Shown here in pieces: positions 39,900-50,234 of a DNA stretch of 64,000 nt (its first letter is position 1; the number at the start of each line of letters is the position of its first letter). The position numbers and the translations under genes were made by a program. The DNA is from Malacoraja senta (Eukaryota). Under the pieces are notes generated by a model that saw only the letters and a program-made list of their open reading frames with translations, was not told the DNA's origin and ran no database searches. Where the stretch lies: positions 870,001-934,000 of the forward strand of contig CM075999.1 in assembly GCA_038087875.1 (NCBI GenBank), read 5' to 3'.

Positions 39900-42800
39900 G
39901 GGTGCCCAGAGAACCCAGATGGGAAGGGACAATATCCAATGATAACACGGAAGGCAGAAGAAGAACCTGTGATTCAGGTAATTTTGGGGGGACGATTGAT
40001 ACCCATGATGATAGATATGGGAGCCACATATACTTGTGTGCAACCGCAGTATGCCTCCCACCTTCCCATGTCAGGAAAATTTGTTAAAACTGTAGGGTTC
40101 TCGGGAAAAACACAGTTAACACGGTTTACGGCCCCTGTAAGTTTAGAAATGAGCAATAAGGAAATAGTATTGCTGATATTGGTGTCTAAAGGGACCCCCA
40201 TTAATTTGTTAGGTAGAGATGCTATGTTGAAATTGGAGTTAAAGTTGGAATGCACTAGAAATGGTTTGAGTGTGGATAGGACAAGTGTTCAGATGATAAT
40301 GCAGGAAGTTAGAAAAGTAATTGTCTTTTGGATAGGAAATATAGAAGATCAAATTTGGGAAACATGGGAGAAATGGAAGAAGGGCGTACTGGCCATACTG
40401 CCCAAAGCTAGCCAGCCCAAATCTGAGTTACACTGTACAGTGATTTTTGACGAAGAGCACGGTGCAGAAAATAGGGGAAGGTGGTGTGTAGGGGCATGCA
40501 GCCAGCACCACCTCAAAGCGGAAGCAATAATAATTGGAAAACAAGGAGCAGCCTTGCAGATTAAGTGGAACGTGTTTTTGGAAAAGTGGTATAGGGTGCC
40601 AGGAGCTGCACCCCATGTGACCTTGCTTGTAAATGAAGGACATCAGTCCAGAGACATGGGGCCTCTGGTAAAACAGGCAAGTAGTATTTCAAGGTGGGAA
40701 AAAATTACACCACAGGTATTAAGATCAGAAAACATTGAGTACATTAAAATAGTGGTGAAAATAGACATGATGGGAACATTGAAAGAGGTTGAAATTACCC
40801 CCCAGCAACAATTTCCCTTGATGGAAAAAAAAGATCAGACAAGGGAGGAAGGGTTGGATAGGTTACCTCCCGCTCTATGGTCACAACACGACACAGATGT
40901 TGGAACGGTAAAGTCTCCTAGTCCGGTAGAAATAAGATTGAAACAGGGAGCAATTCCGCCCAGGAGACCACAATACCCCCTGAAGATAGAGGCGGAGGAA
41001 GGTATAGCACCAACATTACAGGGTTTGCTGAAAGTGGGAGTCCTTATAAAAACAAGTAGTCCTTGCAATACCCCGTTGTTACCGGTCTTGAAAGCAGACA
41101 AAACTAAGTGGAGATTAGTGCATGACCTGCGAGCTGTAAACGAAGTGGTGAGGGATTGGCCAGCGGTAGTCCCAAATCCACACATACTGTTGACTAATAT
41201 TCCAACAGAGGCAGCTTCTTTTTCAGTAGTAGATCTTTGTTCGGCGTTTTTTAGTATACCATTAGCAAAGCAATGTCAGTATTTGTTTGCATTTACGTAT
41301 CGAGGTACTAAGTACACCTATACTAGGATGCCGCAGGGATTTAAACACTCACCCCATGTTTTCAATCAGGTATTAAAAGCAGATTTGGAAGGCATACCCC
41401 TAGAAAGCACGTTACTACAATATGTGGATGATTTGTTGGTTTGTTCAATAAGTGAGGAACAGTGTGAGCGTGATACTTTAAGTCTCTTGGAAAGGCTGGC
41501 ATACGGAGGTCACAAAGTATCCAGGAAGAAGTTGCAGTTTTGTAAACAGCAAGTAGAATATTTAGGACGTGTAATATCCAAAGGGGTAAAAGCTATAGCA
41601 CCGGATCAAATTGAGGCAATAAGTAGAGCTCCCAAACCTCTGACAGTAGGACAGATGATGACATTTTTAGGGATGGCAGGATATAGTTCAGATTGGATTG
41701 GAGAGTATGCTGAAATTGTGACACCGTTAAGGAAAATACTGAAGGAAGCAGGACATACAAGTCTGAAGAATGTCTTACAATGGAATGTTGAGGCGGAAAC
41801 AGCTTTTAACACTATTAAGCAGGAGTTACAGTCAGCCCCAGCCTTAGCCCTGCCAAACTATGAAAAGGGTTTTTACCTGTATGTTTCTAACAGGCAGGAG
41901 GTCTACACCGCAGCAGTGCTGACACAGGAAACGGGCATAGGTAAAGTTAAGCAGCCTGTAGCTTATTACAGTACAAAACTAGATGAGGTAGCGCAGGGAT
42001 ACCCGCCCTGCTATCAGGGATTAGCCGCATTGTACTAGATGTTCCAGATGTTGTTGACGTTCCCAGATATTACGATACAAAGATGTACCTCAAGTAATGT
42101 GGCTGATTATGTTCCGCTTGAGCATGAGGGAGAACCCCATGATTGTGTAGGAAAAACAATGGTATTTTCTAAGTTGAGAGCAGATATACAGTCAGAGCCA
42201 TTGAGAAATGAGGACAAAAAGGTTTTGTTTGTGGATGGTTCTTCTTACAGGGATCATAATGGCAATCATGCAGGGTTTGCAGTGGTGCAACAGGACCAGT
42301 TAGAATTTAAAGTGATTAAATTGGAAGTTTGCATGCAACCTTGTTCAGCACAACTGGCAGAAATTAAGGCTTTAATAGCAGCATGTGAAATGATAGAAGG
42401 TGAGAAAGTTGATATTTATACAGACTCAGCATATGCACACGGGGTCTGTCACTTGTTTGGGGCAGTATGGAAACAGAGAGGATTTTAAAAAAGCAACGCA
42501 GATCCCATACAACATTGTCAACAAATTATGGACCTGATAACAGCAATAATGAAGCCAAAAGCACTAGCTGTCATTAAATTCCAGGCTCATAAGGGGACGA
42601 TATGATCATAAAGGGAAATCACGCTGCAGACGAAGCTGCTAGGTTAGCATCTGGATGCCAATCAGCTGTTGTTGCACCTCAGGTAAGTTTCTGTCTGGAC
42701 CCCACAGAGGGGGACATAATTGAAATGCAAGTTAAGGCAACTTTAGCAGAGCAAACTATGTGGCGACAAAGGGGAGCTAAGCAGAACACGGAGGGTTTGT

Positions 42801-44076
42801 GGACTACTGAAGAAGGATTGTTAGTAGCCCCTACACCATTGTTGACCATGCTTATTTCAGAAGCGCATGGGGTAGACCATTGCGCATGGGGGGAGGTTGT
42901 AAGGAAGGTTAAAAAGGATGGGTTTTGGTCACCTTACTTGAAGGCGTCGGTGGACCACGTTTTGTCACAGTGTGAGGTATGTGCACAAAACAATGTCCGG
43001 AAGGGAATAACAACGCATATAGGTCACATTCCTGTGCCCGAAGGTCCATTTAGGCACTTGGTGATCGATTATGTGGATATGATAAAGAAGGTAAGAGGAA
43101 AAAGGTATATGCTAGTAGTGATTGATAGATTTGGCAGGTGGGTGGAGGCAGTACCGTCCAAAGATTTAGGGGCAGGTACTGTAGTAAAGTTTCTGACGAA
43201 TGAGGTAATCCCAAGGTTTGGTATACCTACCGAAATCAGCTCCGACAACGGATCGGCTTTCATTCAGAAAGTAGTCAAACTGGTGCTACAAGCCCTTAGA
43301 GTAAAGCAAAGATTTGGGTGTGTATATCATCCGCAGTCACAGGGCATGGTGGAAAGAATAAATGGAACATTGAAGGCTAAGATAAATAAGATTTGTGTAA
43401 CTATAAAAGTTGAATTGGATCGATGCCCTGCCATTGGCACTGATGAGTTGTCGCATTCAAACTAACCGAATAACCCATCTAACACCACATGAGATGCTCA
43501 CTGGCCGGCCCATGCCAGCGCCGCAATGGAGAGGTCCCTTAACCAAGCTTGGAACAGTTAGAAGTAGAACTTAAACAGTATAAGCAACAGTTAACTATGA
43601 TACACAAGTCGATTTATGCTCAGGAAAAGCAAAAGGAGTTCGAGGTGAACCAGGAAGACGGACCCGTTAAACTCGGAGACAAAGTGTACGTACGAGCCTT
43701 CCGAAGGAAGTGGAATGAGCCAAGACGAGAGGGACCATTTACAGTAATTAGGGTCTCACCCACTGCTGTTCAAGTAGAAGGTCGATCTACATGGTACCAT
43801 CTCAATCATTGCACAAGGGCTGTCCCACAGGTACGACTTGATAATACCCTTGAGGTGAGTGAACAGGAGGACAAAGAAGTGGGGGTAGAACAAAGCTTTA
43901 ATCAAATAGTAAGTGAGATTTTTGGAGACACTAGTGACTCTGAGGCTGCTGTAGATGAGGTTATGCACAATGGTCCTTCTCCTGATAATGTGGACAGGGT
44001 TGGGCTGGGGGATGCACATACTGCCCCTCTCCACGCAGACTTGGAGACCATCAACATGGCCGATATGGCCTGGTGA
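39900..44076 (+). pseudogene. pol: ERV pol: protease, 2H-phosphoesterase-like domain, RT, connection, RNase H, integrase; disrupted
   Basis: IDMGA/NLLGRD, LHCTV and PHVTL, MPQGFKHSP/YVDDLL, FVDGSS/SAQLAE/TDSAY, H-H-CEVC, IDYVD/SDNG/VERINGTLK, EGPF. Stops at 42036 and 42486; frameshifts near 42600, 43400 and 43545. Confidence 0.95.
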
Positions 44077-47000
44077 CTCCACCGCCTCGCCATGGTTAGG
44101 GAACAAGATGCGAGGCCGTAGAGATCTTGGGGTAGTAAATGGCAATAGCTCAGCCGAATGGTCCAGAGTGATAAAAAATGGTTGGTATAAATGGGCACAG
44201 TATAAGGCGCAGACATTGAAAGTGCCACACTGCATAATATGTACAAAAGCCATAGGAAAACTATGGCTGTACCAGAGCCTCATAACTATACACAATGTGC
44301 AGATTTCATGCAAAGTGTAGCACACTGGATGATCAGACCTCAATGTCCAATACATTGTCTAAATGCAGCAGGATCAACACATGGGACAGTTGAAGCAAGA
44401 AGATGCACACTATGGAATTTCACACGACTCAGGGAACCATATCCTAAACCACCGTCAGAGGTAGAAATTGCACCTGCAAAACAGTACGAGTGCTACTATG
44501 CGGCAAGTGGTTCACACCCAGTAGGAAAGTTCCCAGGTAATTGCGGCACAGTTTGGACATGTAATCAATCAAACACAGATCAGTTGGCCCAATATATGCC
44601 CAGGCCTAACCGCCCTGTTTCACTGCTAGATTGCAAGACTGTTCTAGCCGCTAATTCAGCAGTAGCGGATAGATTTTGGATGTGTGGGGGTGAAGTAAGG
44701 AACACACTCCCGACTGACTGGACTGGATTGTGTGCTAGGGTAATGTTAGCACAGGCCATCACCATTCTAAGTCCAAAGGAAGTGTTTGCCAAGACCCGTA
44801 GGAAGAGAGCATTTGATAACCTTCCTGAAGGAGTTTATATAGATGGAATAGGACAACCAAGGGGAATCCCCAATGAATTTAAAGCTAGGAATGAGATTAC
44901 TGCCGGGTTGGAGTCAATACTCATTTGGATCACACCTGCTAAAAATGTAGAGTGGATTAACTATATTTATTACAACCAGCAGAGGTTTATTAATTATACT
45001 GAGGATGCACTATTAGCCCTAGGGGACCAGCTTGATGCCACTAGTAAGATGGCATGGCAGAATAGGCAGGCGCTAGATTGGTTGTTAGCAGAGAAAGGAG
45101 GTGTATGTGTTTTGTTTGGAGAACAATGTTACATAGATACATAGATACATAGAAAATAGGTGCAGGAGTAGGCCATTCGGCCCTTCGAGCCTGCACCGCT
45201 ATTCAATATGATCATGGCTGATAATCCTACTCAGTATCCCGTACCTGCCTTCTCTCCATACCCCCTGATCCCTTTAGCCGCAAGGGCCACATCTAACTCC
45301 CTCTTAAATATAGCCAATGAACTGGCCTCAACTACCCTCTGTGGCAGAGAGTTCCAGAGATTCACCACTCTCTGTGTGAAAAAGTTTTTTCTCATCTCGG
45401 TCTTAAAGGATTTCCCGCTTATCCTTAAGCTGTGACCTCTTGTCCTGGACTTCCCCAACATCGGGAACAATCTTCCTGCATCTAGCCCGTCCAACCCCAT
45501 AAGAATTTTGTACGTTTCTATAAGATCCCCTCTCAATCTCCTAAATTCTAGCGAGTATAAGCCAAGTCTATCCAGTCTTTCTTCATATGAAAGTCCTGAC
45601 ATCCCAGGAATCAGTCTGGTGAACCTTCTCTGCACTCCCTCTATGGCTATAATGTCCTTCCTCAGATTTGGAGACCAAAACTGTACGCAATACTCCAGGT
45701 GTGATCTCACCAAGACCCTGTACAACTGCAGTAGAACCTCCCTGCTCCTATACTCAAATCCTTTTGCTATGAAAGCTAACATACCATTCGCTTTCTTCAC
45801 TGCCTGCTGCACCTGCATGCCTACTTTCAATGACTGGTGTACCATGACACCCAGGTCTCGCTGCATCTCCCCTTTTCCTAATCGGCCACCATTTAGATAA
45901 TAGTCTGCTTTCCTGTTTTTGCCACCAAAGTGGATAACCTCACATTTATCCACATTTTACTTCGGAGTCACGTGAGTGAGTACGTGAAGAACCCCGCCAG
46001 TGCGCCTGCGCGTCATTACGTCAGACGCCTTGACGCAAACGGACGTGAGGAGCAGTGCTCCTCGAGTGGTTTGTAGTTTTTCAACTACAAGGTAAGTAAA
46101 AACTTTTTTACAGGTTTTCCAGGTCCGTTTACTGTGGGTCTATGGCGATTTTTTCCACAGACGCCATGGGAAAAAAACGGACAGGGGGAAGAGGCGAACG
46201 ACATAGCCGACAGAAGTCGGGAAAGTCGGGAGTCCGCGGTTAGAGACCAACCGCCTCTAAACCCCGGTACAGTCGCCAGCGGTGAGCATAGCGACTGTGG
46301 ACCTGGGGCTGGTGAAAACACAGTCAGCGCCTGTCGGGCAAAAGACAAAGTTTAAATCCCAACGGAGGGAGTCCCAGGCAATGAAGAAGCTCCAGGGCTA
46401 GATACTGCTTTAGAGCGTATTGCCCAAATAGAAAGCCTTTTACACAGGCTGTTGGAGCAACGTTCACTCAGGGAGGAGTGTTCTGAAAGCCAAGCTGCTG
46501 GAAACAGCTCAAACAGCTCCTGGTACAGGGCTAGATACTGCTTTCGAGCGTATTGCCCAAATAGAAGCCTTTTTCATAGGTTGTTGGAGCAAAAGTTCAC
46601 TCAGGAAGGAGTGTACTGTAATCCAAGCTGCAGGAGCAGCTTAACAGCACCTGGCTCAGGGCTGATGGAATGCACCCTCAGGAATGAGGAGCGTGCTACG
46701 GGTCATGAGATTTCAGACCCCGACTCTGACGGTGAGGCTGTACAAGGCGATGAAAGGCAGCTGCCAGATGTTCCACCCCTGGTAGTAGGATTCGCTGCCC
46801 CGTCAGGGTCAGGAGAGCCATTAGGAAGAACTGGCCTCCTTAATAAATTACTTGGTTTACCATTAGCTGGAACAGCATGAAATGGATGAGACTGCAAGAG
46901 TATCTGGAATCAGTTGCAGAGAATATTAAAGCTGCTGGGTTCTGGAATAACTGCTTTTACCAGAATAGCAGGTAACAACCAAAAGATGACGAAGTTGCAT

Positions 47001-47409
47001 CAGCAAGCACTGGGGTTGCTATGCAGCACCCACTTCGAGAAGTGCTATACGGTCTACTATGAATCCGAAATTCGCAGCACTCTGCAAACCAAGTAATATA
47101 CAAATTACCCAACTTACTCTTTGGAGAGATCTCGGGAGACGTATTAAAGAGTTGGAAGATGAAGCGAAAACAGGATTGATGAAGACATCAATGGTTGTGA
47201 AGTCTGTAAAGAGGAAGTATCCTTTCAGACGTCATACGGATCCTGGACCAAGTCGCTCATCAACGCAGGGACGTAGTTGGCGGCCTGCAGCGGGAGCAAG
47301 AACCAGTGAGCGTGCTTCCGGGAGAACCCAGGAATCTCAGGGTACTCAAATGACTCAAGAGGTAGGTGGACCTGGTTCTCACGGGAACATACTAACTGGA
47401 TTAAGTCCA

Positions 47410-49255
47410 AAAGTTGGAGGCAGGTTACATTTCTTCTATAATAATTGGAAGAAAATTACTTCAGATGTGGTAATCCTGAATAATATACAAGGATTTCGAA
47501 TTGAATTCAATCCAAATTATGATTTGCCTGTTCAGCATGTTCCTAGCCGAACTCTGCACTTTGTACAAAAAGAAGTGATGGAGGTTCAGGTTGCAATTGA
47601 AACCCTATATAAAAAAAGGGGTTATTGAAAAATCAGTCTACCAAAGTCACCAATTTGTGTCAAAAATATTCCCTCGATCAAAAAAGGATGGAGGATGTAG
47701 GATTCTTGTAGATTTGATAAATCTGAATCCTTTTGTGCAATTTAGACATTTTAAAATGGAAACATTTGTGACTGCCAAACAGCTTATTTCAGAAGCATGT
47801 TATATGGCAACTATAGACTTGAAAGATGCATATTATTCAGTGTCTGTTCATTCAGAAGATAGGAAGTATCTTAAATTTAAATGGATGAACCAGTTGTGGC
47901 AGTTCAAAGCTCTGCCTAATGGGTTAATATCTGCACCCAGAATATTCACAAAAATTGTTAAAACCAATTCTGGGCTTGCTGAGTAGCCAGGGGCATGTAC
48001 TAATGGCATATTTGGATGATGTCTTGATTATAGGAAAGACAAAACAGTCAACAGAAGTATCTGTTGCAGTTGTGAAATCAACTTTTGAAAAGTTGGGGTT
48101 TCTAATTCATCCACAGAAATCTAGGTTAACACCATGTACCTCTATTAATTATTTGGGGTTCACAATTGATTCAGTCCAAATGAATATCACTTTGCCCAGG
48201 GAAAAGGGTGGATTTGATTAAAGATTGCAGTAATCTCCTAAACGAGCAAAAACCTTCAATTAGACAGGTGGCTCGTGTACTGGGAAAATTAGTAGCAGCA
48301 TTCCCAGCAGTCCAATTTGGACCATTACATTATCAACAGCTGCAGAGACTTAAAGAACAGGCACCGAGAATGCATGTTGGTCATTTTGATAGAACCATGC
48401 AACTAACAACAAATGCTGTTTCTGATCTGCAGTGGTGGATTCTACATGTCTCAAGCAGTTCCAGCAAAGTGCTGATTGAACAACCTTCCATGATATTACA
48501 AACTGATGCCAGTGCACCAGGATGGGGTGCAACTGACTTAACATCTAGCTGAGGAGGCAGATGGAATCAGGAAGAGTCATTGTTACTGCAGACATGGGGA
48601 ATTAACTATTTGGAGCTTCTAGGATGTTTCTATGGGCTCCAAGCTTATTGTTCTAACACAACTAATAAGCATGTTCAAGTTCAAATTGATAACACAACAG
48701 TAGTTGTTTATATTAATGATATGGAATTAAGTCGGTGTCTTGTGACAAAATGGTTAATCAACTTTGGGCTTGGTGTATTGAAAAGAACATTTGGATTTCA
48801 GCTATCTATCTACCAGGTAGAATGAACGATAGCAGACACCAGGTCACGAAAAGTTCCGTGATAATAAAGAATGGATGTTGAATCAAGAGGTATTCAATGA
48901 TATAGTCATCAGATTTGGAATGACCGACATCGACTTGAATCATCAGCTATCGAGATATGTCTCATGGAAACCAGATCCAGGAGCAGTGGCGATTGATGCT
49001 TTCTCGCTACATTGGGGTGGTATGTTTTCATATATATTTCCACCTTTCGGCCTCATAAGCCAATGTTTGCTTAAAATCAGGCAAGATGCTGCTTCAAGGG
49101 TATTGGTAGTACCAGATTGGCCTACACAGCCATGGTATCCGTTGATATTAGAATTAACAACACAAATGTTGATGAAAGTCCCAAAAAAGAGTAATTTATT
49201 GCTGTTCCCTGTACAGGGGAACAACATCCATTATATGATCGTTTGGATTTGTTGA
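47410..49255 (+). pseudogene. DIRS RT, RNase H and methyltransferase-like region (multiple frameshifts)
   Basis: VGGRL, KKDGG.R, HFKME, IDLKDAY, AYLDD; TDAS..GWGA, INYLEL, IDNTT; DAF...W...YIFPPF...VPDWPTQPWY. Confidence 0.9.
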
Positions 49256-49271
49256 TTTGCAGGTTTTAAGA

Positions 49272-50234
49272 ATGCCTTTTCTGGGACGAGGACTGTCTGA
49301 GCATACTGTGGACATGCTTACGGCAGCCTGGAGGAAGAGCACTCAAAAACAGTACCTTTCTTATATTAAGAAATGGGAAAAGTTCTGGGTACAAAAGAAT
49401 GTGCAATAAAGTACTGCAGATATTTCAAATGTTTAGAATTTCTGTCAAAACTTTATTATGATGAAGGTCTGAGTTGTAGTGCAATTAATTCAGCCAGAAG
49501 TGCATTGTCCTCATATTTGGTTCTGGATTCAGAAAGAAACTCAATTGGGTCACACCCAATTGTTTCCAGACTAATGAAAGGAATCTTTAATTCCAAACCA
49601 CCGAAACCTAGGTACGTGACAATCTGGGATGTAAGTGTGGTACTGAAACTACTTCGTGATGGTTATCAAGTGTGTCTTTACCTTTGGTCAAGCTCAGTAT
49701 GAAAGTATTCATGTTTATGGCATGAGTGACAGCACAACAAGTGCAAACACTTGGAAAATTACAAATAGACAGTATGGAAGTAACTGAAGACAAGGTTACA
49801 TTCTATATCTATGACCTAATAAAGCAAATTAGGCCAGGTGTGACAGGATTTAAAATTATGCTGGCAGCATATCCAAATGATCCATGTCTTTGTATTAAGA
49901 CATATTTATTACAATACATTGAGGTCACAAAGAATTTGAGAATACGGAAACTGGGTTTTTGATCACACACAAGAAACCACACAAGAGAGTTTCAATACAG
50001 ACTATTTCCAGATGGATAAAAGAAGTCTTAACAGCTGCTGGTATTAACATTTATGTTTTTACGTCTCACTCGACTAGGGCAGCAGAGATGTCGGCGGCCA
50101 GGGCAAAAGACGGCCCCGTCGACCATATCCTCGCAGCCGCCAGGTGGTCCAATGAGTTGATGTTTCAACATTTTTACCATCGGCCTATTGTTAATGCGGG
50201 GTTGTTTGCAGAAACTATTTTAAGTTCTGTGTAA
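49272..50234 (+). pseudogene. DIRS tyrosine recombinase (disrupted)
   Basis: INSARSALS, HPIVSRLMKGIFN.KP..PRY..IWDV, TISRWIK, HSTRA, AARWS...FQHFY. Confidence 0.9.

Noticed and set aside
40014..40022. Protease DMG as a novel catalytic variant
   Set aside because: Most simply ACG-to-ATG CpG decay of the canonical DTG after integration.
43756..44355. 199-aa antisense ORF over the pol/env overlap
   Set aside because: Non-ATG start and no motifs; likely a shadow of the sense coding frames.
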